A stretch of 33,409 nucleotides of DNA. Source: Ferruginibacter sp. (lineage in GTDB: Bacteria; Bacteroidota; Bacteroidia; Chitinophagales; Chitinophagaceae). Shown piece by piece: positions 16,800-25,815 of this stretch (positions are counted from its first letter, which is position 1; every line of letters begins with the position of its first letter). A model generated the notes under the pieces. That model did not search any database. It had not been told where the DNA came from and saw only the letters and a program-made list of their open reading frames with translations. Both the position numbers and the translations under genes were made by a program. Location of the stretch: NCBI GenBank assembly GCA_031430955.1, contig JANPCM010000085.1; one strand, written 5' to 3'.

Positions 16800-18140
16800 T
16801 TATAATTCCTTCACCGCTTTTTTAAATTGATTGCCCCTGTCTTCGTAATTTTTAAACAGATCAAAACTTGCACATGCAGGGCTTAATAAAACCACATCGC
16901 CTTTTGCCGCAAAATGAAATGCAGCTTCTGTTGCTTCTTTGGCCGAGGTGGCATTTACAATCAGTGGCATTATATCTCCAAATGCTTCATGAATTTTTCT
17001 GTTATCAGCACCCATACAAACAATAGCCTTTACTTTTTCCTTAACTAATTCTTTTAATAAGGAATAATCGTTGCCTTTATCTACACCTCCTAAAATTAAT
17101 ACCACAGGTTTTTCCATACTCTCTAATGCAAACCAGGTACTGTTTACATTTGTAGCTTTACTGTCGTTAATAAATTCTACATTTTTTATTGATGCAACAG
17201 GTTCCATCCTGTGTTCTAAGCTTTCAAAAGTTTGTAACGCCTCTCTTATATTTTCCTTTCGAATATCAACCGCTGATGCTGCTAAACTTGCGGCCATACT
17301 GTTATACTGATTGTGTTTGCCTTTTAAAGCAAAGTCTTCAATACTCATTTGCATTTCTTCGTTCTTCCATTTCAAATGCATTTTTGCGTTCATCAGGTAT
17401 GCACCCTGCGGCAGTGGTTTACTCATGGTAAATGGGGCTAGTATTGATTTAATGTGATAGTTGCTGATATATTTTTTTGTTGTGGCATCATCGAGAGAAT
17501 AAATAAAAACATCTCCGGGCTGCTGATTCATTGCAATACGAAATTTGCTGCTGATATAATTTTCTATTTTGTAATCATACCTGTCTAAATGATCTTCGGT
17601 GATGTTGGTTAACACCGCAACATCAGGCCTGAAAGTTTTTATATCATCTAACTGAAAAGAACTTATTTCGGCTATGTATAAAGGTTTAGGATCTAGTGCA
17701 ACCTGTTTTGCAAACGAATAACCAATGTTGCCCACCATGGCGCAATTACTGCCTGCATGTTTGCAGATGTGATAAATTAATGCGGTAGTAGTTGTTTTTC
17801 CGTTACTGCCTGTTACAGCAATTATTTTACTGTTGCCTTTATAGCGGTAAGCAAATTCTATTTCGCTGATGATGGCAATGCCTTTTGTTCTTATCTTTTT
17901 TACGAGTTCGTTTTTTTCCGGTATGCCCGGGCTTTTCATCACTTCATCTGCATTTAAAATTTTTTCTTCTGTATGAGTTGCTTCTTCAAATTCAATTTTG
18001 TTAATTGATAATTCTGTTCTGTAATTATCTTTTATTGCTCCGCCATCACTTACAAAAACATCATAGCCCTGCTGCCTGGCAAGAATAGCTGCGCCAATTC
18101 CGCTTTCGCCTGCACCCAATATGACTAACCGCTTCATCAT
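16800..18140 (-). CDS. murD: UDP-N-acetylmuramoyl-L-alanine--D-glutamate ligase
   Basis: ILGAGESG, TGSNGKTTT, EISSFQL, DHLDRY, NDSKATN, LLSPACASFDLF. Start uncertain (18137/18140/18161). Confidence 0.99.
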   Translation of the reverse strand: MMKRLVILGAGESGIGAAILARQQGYDVFVSDGGAIKDNYRTELSINKIEFEEATHTEEKILNADEVMKSPGIPEKNELVKKIRTKGIAIISEIEFAYRYKGNSKIIAVTGSNGKTTTTALIYHICKHAGSNCAMVGNIGYSFAKQVALDPKPLYIAEISSFQLDDIKTFRPDVAVLTNITEDHLDRYDYKIENYISSKFRIAMNQQPGDVFIYSLDDATTKKYISNYHIKSILAPFTMSKPLPQGAYLMNAKMHLKWKNEEMQMSIEDFALKGKHNQYNSMAASLAASAVDIRKENIREALQTFESLEHRMEPVASIKNVEFINDSKATNVNSTWFALESMEKPVVLILGGVDKGNDYSLLKELVKEKVKAIVCMGADNRKIHEAFGDIMPLIVNATSAKEATEAAFHFAAKGDVVLLSPACASFDLFKNYEDRGNQFKKAVKEL

Positions 18141-18174
18141 TTTACAATGTTGTTTATACATTTCGTTTTAAACG

Positions 18175-18270
18175 AAATAAAAAAGGTTTTTCAACAGCAT
18201 AGAATTTACCAAATACTTACTCTGTGCTTTTACTTAAATAAAAAGGTTCTTCAAAAGCATAGAATTTAAC
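18175..18270. repeat. Direct repeat with 60-bp period in the mraY-murD spacer
   Basis: AAAAGGTTTTTCAACAGCATAGAATTTA (18181-18208) vs AAAAGGTTCTTCAAAAGCATAGAATTTA (18241-18268), 26/28 identical. Confidence 0.8.
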
Positions 18271-18412
18271 GGGTATAGGGTTCTACTGGTCGTACAAAGT
18301 TTTTTCACAGATATTGTTTGTTCAAAATTGAAAAACATAGAATGTCAACTGCTGACAAATTCCAGGTTGCGGTTTTTCACCAAAGCATTAACCCAGCCAC
18401 AGGGCCTTTTTA

Positions 18413-19735
18413 TTATCTTAATTTTAATGTTGCTATTGCTACTATCATACTTAATATTGTTACAATCCAAAACCTAACTGCTATTTTACTTTCGTGATAA
18501 CCCAATTTTTGATAATGATGATGCAACGGGCTCATTAAAAATACCCGGCGCCCCTCGCCATACTTTCGTTTGGTGTATTTAAAATAAGTTACCTGTATCA
18601 TCACACTTAAATTTTCTACCAAAAACACGAAACAAAAAATGGGTATCAATAATTCTTTACGTACAATTATGGCCAGTGCTGCAATAATTCCACCGAGTGC
18701 AAGGCTGCCTGTATCTCCCATAAAAACCTGTGCCGGGTAACTGTTGTACCATAAAAAACCAATGCATGCCCCAACGAATGCCGCAATAAAAATGGACAGT
18801 TCGCCAATGTTGGGTATGTACATAATATTGAGGTACTCTGCAAATTTTGTATTACCACTTACATAAGCAAAAATGCCCAGCCCCAAACCAATTACAGCAC
18901 TTACCCCTGTTGCCAATCCATCCAGCCCGTCAGTAATATTGGCGCCATTGCTAACTGCGGTTACTATAAATATTACAATAATGATATACAGAATATAGGT
19001 TGCAGATTCCCAACTTTTTGGTAAAAGCTTTGCATAATTAAACTCATGATTTTTTACAAATGGTATAGTAGTAATGGTAGATTTTACATTTACAAACTTA
19101 TGCGGCACACCATCTGTAATATGAATGATAACACTGTCGCCGATCCATTTACTGCCGCCTTTCATACCTTCAATTTCTTTTCTTATTTCATCTTTATTAC
19201 TGCCATACACTTCACGCTGCACAGTAACACTTGGCGTAAAATATAAAGTGGCGCCTACAATTATGCCGAGCATTACCTGACCAAAAATTTTAAACCTTCC
19301 AGCCAATCCATCACTGTCACTTTTTTTATAAGTTCCACCTTTTGCCAGTGCTATTCTTTTTGCTCTTATTTTTAAATAGTCGTCAATAAAACCAATGGCG
19401 CCCAACCAAACAGTACACAACAACATTAAGCGGACATACACTTTTTCTAAATTGGCAAATAATAATGTAGGAATTAAAATGGCCAGAATAATAATGATAC
19501 CACCCATTGTTGGCGTGCCTTTTTTTGCCTGCTCACCTGCCAAACCTAAATCCCTTACACTTTCGCCTAATTGCTTTTTTTGTAAGAACCTGATTAATTT
19601 TTTTCCATACACTGTTGTAATGATGAGACTTAAAACCATGGCAAGCATTACCCGGAAGCTCTGGAACCTGTACAGTTCGCTGCCGGAAAATTTAATGCCT
19701 TCTGATTTTAGCCAATCAAATAAGTGATACAACAT
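18413..19735 (-). CDS. mraY: Phospho-N-acetylmuramoyl-pentapeptide transferase
   Basis: [37 protein letters not shown] and PLHHHY motifs. Confidence 0.99.
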   Translation of the reverse strand: MLYHLFDWLKSEGIKFSGSELYRFQSFRVMLAMVLSLIITTVYGKKLIRFLQKKQLGESVRDLGLAGEQAKKGTPTMGGIIIILAILIPTLLFANLEKVYVRLMLLCTVWLGAIGFIDDYLKIRAKRIALAKGGTYKKSDSDGLAGRFKIFGQVMLGIIVGATLYFTPSVTVQREVYGSNKDEIRKEIEGMKGGSKWIGDSVIIHITDGVPHKFVNVKSTITTIPFVKNHEFNYAKLLPKSWESATYILYIIIVIFIVTAVSNGANITDGLDGLATGVSAVIGLGLGIFAYVSGNTKFAEYLNIMYIPNIGELSIFIAAFVGACIGFLWYNSYPAQVFMGDTGSLALGGIIAALAIIVRKELLIPIFCFVFLVENLSVMIQVTYFKYTKRKYGEGRRVFLMSPLHHHYQKLGYHESKIAVRFWIVTILSMIVAIATLKLR

Positions 19736-19740
19736 TTTTT

Positions 19741-19846
19741 TAATGTGCCAATTTGCAAATATGCAAATGTGCTAATTTTAGATTTTTACAATCTTGATTT
19801 ATTATTACTCTTTTATTTTTGCAAATTTTTTCATTTGCACATTATG
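19741..19846. repeat. Octamer tandem arrays in two opposed arms in the murE-mraY spacer
   Basis: TAATGTGC CAATTTGC AAATATGC AAATGTGC TAATTTTA (from 19741) and complementary TTTGCAAA TTTTTTCA TTTGCACA (from 19818). Confidence 0.7.
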
Positions 19847-21310
19847 CTATTTCTCTAACAATTCAAACATTTCATTCAAAACTTTCTTATCATCAAAATC
19901 ATACTTCACTCCTTTTATATCCTGGTACTTCTCATGCCCTTTGCCTGCTATTAAAACAATATCTTCTTTTTGTGCCAGGCTTATGGCTGTTTTAATAGCT
20001 TCTCTTCTATCTGCAATTGCAATAACTTTTTTTTTTGCTGATATTTTTACGCCCGCTTCCATATCTTTTAAAATTTCCAACGGGTCTTCACTTCGTGGAT
20101 TATCGGAAGTAAGAATTACTTTATCGCTGTACTCACAAGCCACTTCTGCCATTACAGGTCTTTTTGTTTTATCCCTGTCGCCACCGCAGCCCACTACGGT
20201 TATTACCTGCTCAATTCCTTTACGTAATTTTTTTATTGTTGCCAGTACATTTAATAAAGCATCAGGCGTATGGGCATAATCTACAATACCAATTAATTTT
20301 TCATTCTTACTTATTGTATAATCAAATCGGCCTTCTGCACCATCAAGGCTGCTGAGTATTTGCAGCACTTCATTTTTTTCTTTACCCAAACAAATTGCTG
20401 CGCCATACACCGCTAATAAATTATATGCATTAAATTCTCCTATCAATCTAAAATGTACTTCTATATCATTTATAGTAAGATGCAAACCTGTTAAACTGTT
20501 ATCTAAAATCTTCCCTTTAAAATCAGCCATTGTTTTAAGGCTGTAATAATATTTTTTAGCAACAGTATTTTGCAGCATCACTGTCCCTCTTTTATCATCG
20601 GCGTTGCTTATTGCAAATGCTGCTGAACTTAAATTATCGAACCACATTTTTTTTACACGGATGTATTCATCAAATGTTTTATGATAATCTAAGTGGTCGT
20701 GGGTAATGTTACTGAACAATGCACCTGTAAATTGCAAACCTGTAATGCGGTGCTGGTGTATGGCATGGCTGCTCACTTCAATAAAAACATATTCGCAACC
20801 TTCATCCACCATTTGTTTTAATAAGGCATTTAAACTTATGGCATCGGGTGTGGTATGTGTTGCAGGAATAATTGTATCTGCAATTTGATTTTGCACTGTA
20901 CTTATTAAACCACATTTATAATTTAAGCCGGAAAATAATTTGAATAATAATGTAGCAATTGTGGTTTTGCCATTAGTACCTGTTACGCCAACCAATTTTA
21001 TTTTTGCAGAAGGTTCGCCATAAAAATTGTGGCTCATTAAACCAGCTGCTGCTGCACTGTCCTCCACTTCTATGTAAGTAATATCTTCTTTTAAAACTGC
21101 AGGCAAAACTTCACACACAATTACTGATGCACCATTTTCTGTTGCTTTTTCAATAAATGCATGGCCATCTGCAGCAGTTCCTTTTACAGCAATAAAGCAA
21201 CAACCTTTGCTGGTCTTTCTTGAATCAATCTGCAAACTGGTTACATCAATATTGGTATTACCCTTTACTGAGCTGATAGCAACTTTATATAGTATGTCCT
21301 GTAAAATCAA
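19847..21310 (-). CDS. murE: UDP-N-acetylmuramoyl-L-alanyl-D-glutamate--2,6-diaminopimelate ligase
   Basis: TGTNGKTT, EVSSH, DHLDYH, DYAHTPD, DNPR (DAP-specific), GKGHE; TTG start overlaps the ftsI TGA stop. Confidence 0.98.
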   Translation of the reverse strand: MILQDILYKVAISSVKGNTNIDVTSLQIDSRKTSKGCCFIAVKGTAADGHAFIEKATENGASVIVCEVLPAVLKEDITYIEVEDSAAAAGLMSHNFYGEPSAKIKLVGVTGTNGKTTIATLLFKLFSGLNYKCGLISTVQNQIADTIIPATHTTPDAISLNALLKQMVDEGCEYVFIEVSSHAIHQHRITGLQFTGALFSNITHDHLDYHKTFDEYIRVKKMWFDNLSSAAFAISNADDKRGTVMLQNTVAKKYYYSLKTMADFKGKILDNSLTGLHLTINDIEVHFRLIGEFNAYNLLAVYGAAICLGKEKNEVLQILSSLDGAEGRFDYTISKNEKLIGIVDYAHTPDALLNVLATIKKLRKGIEQVITVVGCGGDRDKTKRPVMAEVACEYSDKVILTSDNPRSEDPLEILKDMEAGVKISAKKKVIAIADRREAIKTAISLAQKEDIVLIAGKGHEKYQDIKGVKYDFDDKKVLNEMFELLEK

Positions 21311-23436
21311 TTTAATACTAAAGAAATGGTTTGACCTTTTTTAAAATTTGTTGCTGCTGTTATTGATTGATTCACCACTCTCCCTCTTCCGGCTGTGGTA
21401 ACTTTTAATCCTGAATTTTCTAATAAATACACTGCATCTTTCAATCCCATTCCCACAACGTTGGGGGTTACAGAAGCGGATGATACTGTTGAACTCCACG
21501 ATGTATTTAAAAAAGAAAAATTATTTTTCATACTCGATTTTCTAAAATCGCCATTAACTGCAGAATCGCTAAACGGCATTTTTAAAAATCCAAAAACAGA
21601 TACCAGTTCTTTTTTCATTCCAAAAAAATTATATTGAGCAGTATCAGTATTTGCAGGTGCTGCAAATTGTTTGTTGCTTAAATAGCGGCCATAAATTCTG
21701 TCGCTTATTTCTTTAAACACCGTACCCGATACATCGGCACCATAAACTAATTTAGATTCATTACTGTTTTGTATAACTACAGCCATTGTATATTTAGGAT
21801 CGTTTGAAGGAAAATATCCTATAAAAGATGCCTGGTAAATTTTATTGCCTTTGTTGTATCCTTTATTATTTAATGCCGTTACTGCAGTTCCGGTTTTGCC
21901 TGCAATGCCATAAGTATTATCCGATAAAACTTTATGCCCTGTGCCATGTACACTATCTACTACTGCTCTTAAACATTCTTTTAATTGTGATAAAGTTTCT
22001 TCGCTGCAAATTTTATCAACCAAAACTTTTGGTTCCATAGTTTTTACATCCACGCCATAATCCCTTACTGCATTTACCAAATATGGTTTCATCATTTTTC
22101 CATTGTTGGCAACTGCGTTGTACAACATCAGCATATGTAATGGTGTTACCAATTCTTCGTAGCCATGCGCCATAAAAGGAATAGTTGTGTTGGCCCAACT
22201 TCTGTTAGTTGGTTTTTTTATAGTTGTTTTTGCAGAGGCGGCATCAATATCCACACCGGTCATAACATCTAGCCTGTATTTATGAAGATGATCGATAAAT
22301 TTTGATGGTTGTGAATGATAATATTGATCGGCCATTTTTGCAAATGCCACGTTGCTGCTGGCAGCAAATGCTTCTTTAACCGTCATCACACCATTAGGAT
22401 GAGTATCGTGAATGCGTAGCCCATAAAATTCTTTTACACCTCTTTCACAATCAACGTTTGATTTTATAGTTACATATTTATCATCCAGCAAACTCATTAA
22501 TGTAGCCAGTTTAAAAATAGAACCGGGCTCTGTTGCTTTACCAATACCATAATTTAAATCTTCGGCATAACTGCCATCGGTTTGTTTGCCTAAATTGGCA
22601 ATTGCTTTTATTTTACCGGTTGCGGTTTCCATTACAATAGCAGTACCATGCAGGGAGTTATTACCTACCATCATTTTCATTAAAGCATTTTCTGTTACGT
22701 CCTGCATGTAAGTATCTAAAGTGGTGATGATATCTTTTCCTCTTTCCGGTTCAACCAGTTCCGCATCATTCACCGGAATGTATGCTCCGGCGATGTACCT
22801 TGCTAAACGCTGGCCCGATGCACCTTTAAGTAAACTGTCATAACTTCTTTCTAACCCAACATTTTTTGTACTGTCTTCTCTTGATAAACCAATAGTTCTG
22901 TTGGCAAGCAAAACATAAGGGTTAATTCTTTTGTCTCTTGTATCAAAGATGAAACCGCTTTTATTTCTGCCCTGTCTTACCAATGGAAAATCTCTTAACT
23001 CCTTATACTCAGCAAATGAAATTTTCTTCTTCAAAATAAAATACCGGTCTTCTTTTTTATAAGCCTGCTGCAATAATTTTTTATAAGCTGCAGCATTTTT
23101 ATCTTTAAAAAGATTAGCAAGACTTATACTCAAAGAATCAATATTGTCTTTAAATCTTTTACCGTTTTTTTCTCTCAGGCCTTCTGCACCAAAATCAACA
23201 AACACATCAAATATGGGCACCGATGTACTCAGCATATTTCCATCTTCGCTGTAAATAGTTCCTCTTTCTGCATCAATGGGTAAATATTTTAAGTGTAAAT
23301 TTTTTCCTAAATCTTTCCAGTAATTTCCTTCTATGCGTTGAATATAAAATGCCCTGCCCAGCACTACTGCACCTAAAAGTATCATCCCTAAAAAACAGAG
23401 ATACACCCGCCACAATATGTCTTTTTTTATATCCAT
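21307..23436 (-). CDS. ftsI: Division transpeptidase (class B PBP, FtsI) with a C-terminal PASTA domain
   Basis: RGTIYS, EPGSIFK (SxxK), SSN (SxN), GKTGTA (KTG); PNVVGMGLKDAVYLLEN PASTA. Confidence 0.95.
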   Translation of the reverse strand: MDIKKDILWRVYLCFLGMILLGAVVLGRAFYIQRIEGNYWKDLGKNLHLKYLPIDAERGTIYSEDGNMLSTSVPIFDVFVDFGAEGLREKNGKRFKDNIDSLSISLANLFKDKNAAAYKKLLQQAYKKEDRYFILKKKISFAEYKELRDFPLVRQGRNKSGFIFDTRDKRINPYVLLANRTIGLSREDSTKNVGLERSYDSLLKGASGQRLARYIAGAYIPVNDAELVEPERGKDIITTLDTYMQDVTENALMKMMVGNNSLHGTAIVMETATGKIKAIANLGKQTDGSYAEDLNYGIGKATEPGSIFKLATLMSLLDDKYVTIKSNVDCERGVKEFYGLRIHDTHPNGVMTVKEAFAASSNVAFAKMADQYYHSQPSKFIDHLHKYRLDVMTGVDIDAASAKTTIKKPTNRSWANTTIPFMAHGYEELVTPLHMLMLYNAVANNGKMMKPYLVNAVRDYGVDVKTMEPKVLVDKICSEETLSQLKECLRAVVDSVHGTGHKVLSDNTYGIAGKTGTAVTALNNKGYNKGNKIYQASFIGYFPSNDPKYTMAVVIQNSNESKLVYGADVSGTVFKEISDRIYGRYLSNKQFAAPANTDTAQYNFFGMKKELVSVFGFLKMPFSDSAVNGDFRKSSMKNNFSFLNTSWSSTVSSASVTPNVVGMGLKDAVYLLENSGLKVTTAGRGRVVNQSITAATNFKKGQTISLVLN

Positions 23437-23462
23437 CCCCTATCCCCTAAAGGGGGATTATT
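23437..23462 (+). repeat. REP-like hairpin abutting the ftsI start codon
   Basis: CCCCTATC-CCCTAAAGGG-GGATTATT. Confidence 0.8.
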
Positions 23463-23485
23463 ATGTTTTATTTTTTTTGAGCAAA

Positions 23486-23558
23486 CATTTGATCTCTAAT
23501 CATCATCGTTGTGTCACTCACTTGTACCGCATACCGTTATTGAACTTTTATCTAAGCG
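23486..23558 (+). repeat. Apparently intact copy of dispersed repeat family 2
   Basis: 5' half matches 9790-9822 (30/33); 3' half (23521-23558) matches 30744-30781 (33/38). Confidence 0.85.
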
Positions 23559-23577
23559 TATTTTTATACTTCAGCAA

Positions 23578-23925
23578 TTATTTTTTCTTTTCTTCCTGTG
23601 GTGATAACACCACCGGCGGCGCCACCAATTCTTTTAGCCCCAATGGTTCTACTGCTTTTGCCAGTTCGCTTGCTTTACTTCTAAAAATCACTTCGCTCTT
23701 TACTGTTTTATATTCGTACTCTAATTCTTTGATGTGCTTTTCTGTTACATTTATTTTTCTAACTAACTTATCTGCGTAATGGCCGTTATAGATGTACAAT
23801 ACCGCCAGTACCGATAAAAACAAAAAGAATGGGATATTTTTAACTACCCATTTATAACTCAGCAACCTCCTCCACTCAATTTTTTGAGTAAGTGATGGTT
23901 CATTTATTTTTTTTTCTTCCTGCAT
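23578..23925 (-). CDS. ftsL: FtsL-like cell division protein
   Basis: Single TM followed by a coiled coil and LGL..PP motif; between rsmH and ftsI. Confidence 0.88.
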   Translation of the reverse strand: MQEEKKINEPSLTQKIEWRRLLSYKWVVKNIPFFLFLSVLAVLYIYNGHYADKLVRKINVTEKHIKELEYEYKTVKSEVIFRSKASELAKAVEPLGLKELVAPPVVLSPQEEKKK

Positions 23926-23954
23926 TAATTTTTTATATTTTTTTATTGAAACTT

Positions 23955-24899
23955 TTATTTTAATTCGGCCACCCTCAGCTTTGCACTTCTGCTGCGGGGG
24001 TTTTGTTTTTGTTCTGCCGCTGCAGCAACAATTGGTTTTTTTGTAATGATGATAAAAGGGCTTTCGGGTTTAATACCATACACATTATCTGCTTCAGTTT
24101 CGGAAAAACTTCCGTAACGAAAAAATGTTTTCACTATCCTGTCTTCCAAAGAATGAAAGGTGATAATTACTGCTCGTCCGCCGGGCTTTAATAGTGTGGG
24201 GGTTTGTTGTAATAATTCTTTTAATGCGCCTAACTCATCGTTCACTTCAATACGCAGTGCCTGAAATACCTGGGCAAAGTATTTTTGAGGGTTTCCTTTT
24301 ACCGCAGTATGCACAGCATGTTTAAATTCATTAATGGTACGCACAGGTGCTAAAGCTCTTTGCTGTACAATTATTTTAGCAAGCGTTTTCGAATTGGTTA
24401 CTTCGCCATATTGCTCAAACATTTTATGCAGTTGTTGTTCTGTAAAATTTTTCAGCACATCGGCAGCAGTAATTTTTTCACGCTGGTCCATTCGCATATC
24501 CAATGCAGCATCAAAGCGAATAGAAAAACCTCTAGCTGCTTCATCAAACTGGTGACTGGATACGCCAAGATCTGCCAAAATACCATCTACCTTACTAATT
24601 TTATGCAATCGTAAAAAGCGTTGCAGGTGCCGGAAATTTTGCGGAATAAAAATTATCCGTTCATCATCAGGCAAGTTATTTTTTGCATCAGCATCCTGGT
24701 CAAAAACATAGAGCCTGCCATTTTGGTTTAGCTGTTGCAAAATAGCCAGGCTGTGTCCGCCGCCGCCAAATGTGGCATCCACATAAATACCATCTGCTTT
24801 AATTTGCAATCCTTCCATGGCTTCGTTTAGTAAAACGGGCGTGTGGTAATTGGGTAATTGGGAATTTGGAATTGGTATGTTACCTTTTTCGTTATTCAT
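23955..24899 (-). CDS. rsmH: 16S rRNA m4C1402 methyltransferase
   Basis: HTPVLL, DATFGGGGHS, DLGVSSHQFD, FQALRIEVNDEL, TFHSLEDR, NPRSRSAKLR. Confidence 0.99.
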   Translation of the reverse strand: MNNEKGNIPIPNSQLPNYHTPVLLNEAMEGLQIKADGIYVDATFGGGGHSLAILQQLNQNGRLYVFDQDADAKNNLPDDERIIFIPQNFRHLQRFLRLHKISKVDGILADLGVSSHQFDEAARGFSIRFDAALDMRMDQREKITAADVLKNFTEQQLHKMFEQYGEVTNSKTLAKIIVQQRALAPVRTINEFKHAVHTAVKGNPQKYFAQVFQALRIEVNDELGALKELLQQTPTLLKPGGRAVIITFHSLEDRIVKTFFRYGSFSETEADNVYGIKPESPFIIITKKPIVAAAAEQKQNPRSRSAKLRVAELK

Positions 24900-24930
24900 T
24901 CCATTTTACTAATTACAAATTCCTAATTAC
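24846..24930. repeat. Heptamer arrays straddling the mraZ-rsmH junction
   Basis: GTAATTG GGTAATTG GGAATTT GGAATTG-type run (24846-24881, inside the rsmH 5' end) and complementary CTAATTA CAAATTC CTAATTA (24909-24930, includes the mraZ stop). Confidence 0.7.
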
Positions 24931-25378
24931 TTGTTTTATTCATCACCTCGTTAGCCAAATCGCTAAAGCTTTGCGGTGTAAAAGTTTCAAAGAACTGTGT
25001 ATACTTACTTTTATCCCAGATCTCAATTTTGTTTACGGCACTCACCAGCACAATATCTTTTTCCAGGCCTGCATGTTCGCTAAGGTTTTTGGGCAGCAAT
25101 AATCTGCCTGCCGAATCCAGCTCTAACTGAATGGCGCCGTTTAAAAAATAGCGGCGAAATTCTCTAACTTTAGGATCAAAATCGTTCAGCTTGCTTATTT
25201 CAGAAAATATAGGTTCCCAGCTTTGCAATGGGTATAACGTAAGGCATTTTTCAAACCCCCGGTTAAGCACAAACTGGTTGGCACTCTTATGCGTAAGCTG
25301 TTTTTTAAAACCAGCCGGCAGCAAAAAGCGACCCTTTAAGTCCAATGTAGCTTCATATTCACCGAGGAAACCTATCAT
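24923..25378 (-). CDS. mraZ: Division/cell wall cluster transcriptional repressor MraZ
   Basis: FLGEYEATLDLKGR, LDSAGRLLLP, IEIWD; first gene of the cluster. ATG 25378 preferred. Confidence 0.98.
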   Translation of the reverse strand: MIGFLGEYEATLDLKGRFLLPAGFKKQLTHKSANQFVLNRGFEKCLTLYPLQSWEPIFSEISKLNDFDPKVREFRRYFLNGAIQLELDSAGRLLLPKNLSEHAGLEKDIVLVSAVNKIEIWDKSKYTQFFETFTPQSFSDLANEVMNKTSN

Positions 25379-25400
25379 TTTCAATTATTTAGCCCTGCTT

Positions 25401-25440
25401 AAACAGAAACTTACACAAAATAACACTTTTTCCCACTTCG
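25401..25440 (-). promoter_or_regulatory. Putative MraZ operator (dcw box): GTG-core repeats with 10-bp period
   Basis: Minus strand cgaaGTGgga aaaaGTGtta ttttGTGtaa gtttCTGttt; CAC at 25414, 25424 and 25434 on the + strand, directly upstream of mraZ. Confidence 0.75.
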
Positions 25441-25464
25441 CAATCATTTTTTAGATAAAGTTTT

Positions 25465-25566
25465 TTATCCACATGAATTATATGCAAACAGGGCTTGGGT
25501 TTGAGGGAGCTTTATAAGAATTTAAATGTGCGTTGGGTGTGAATTGATGTGGATAGGTGTTGATAA
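25465..25566. promoter_or_regulatory. Cluster of DnaA-box-like 9-mers
   Basis: Perfect TTATCCACA at 25465-25473; reverse-oriented TGTGAATTG (25538), TGTGGATAG (25548), TGTTGATAA (25558) at 10-bp spacing. Confidence 0.6.
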
Positions 25567-25592
25567 CACAATTTTAAAATAGAATTTTAGGT

Positions 25593-25814
25593 ATGTCAAC
25601 TGCAGGATATTCAGGTACACCACTTTTAAAAAACCTGGGCATTAAACCCGAAGTGAAAATTTTGCTGATAGATGCGCCGGGTAATTATTTTGATATTTTA
25701 GGAAGATAACATAAGAAATTTGCACTGCAAAATAATTTAGTTGATATAAAAATTTGCGCCATTAGTGATTTGTGGAGCGGATTAAAATTAGTAATGCCTG
25801 TTACAAAAAGATAA
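25593..25814 (+). pseudogene. DUF3052-family pseudogene (internal deletion plus frameshift)
   Basis: MSTAGYSGTPLLKNLGIKPEVKILLIDAPGNYFDILGR* (25593-25709), then in shifted frames EDNIRN and FALQNNLVDIKICAISDLWSGLKLVMPVTKR*. Both ends resemble DUF3052; the middle is missing. Confidence 0.78.
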
Positions 25815-25815
25815 A

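Noticed and set aside
16776-16800. Hairpin AAGGTCAGACGAGACGTCAGACCTT after the murD stop as a terminator
   Set aside because: Imperfect stem with no proper U tract on the coding strand and mid-operon position; may be another small repeat but has no clear second copy here.
18175-18390. Possible CRISPR array (28-bp repeat, 32-bp spacer)
   Set aside because: Only two good copies, already mismatched and non-palindromic; no cas genes; lies inside the dcw operon. Kept as an unexplained repeat.
19050-19240. Large hydrophilic insertion in MraY
   Set aside because: An extended loop here is typical of Bacteroidetes MraY; no intein or mobile-element features.
7719-25378. Absence of murF, ddl and murB from the dcw cluster
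   Set aside because: Usual for Bacteroidetes gene order; these genes are normally elsewhere.
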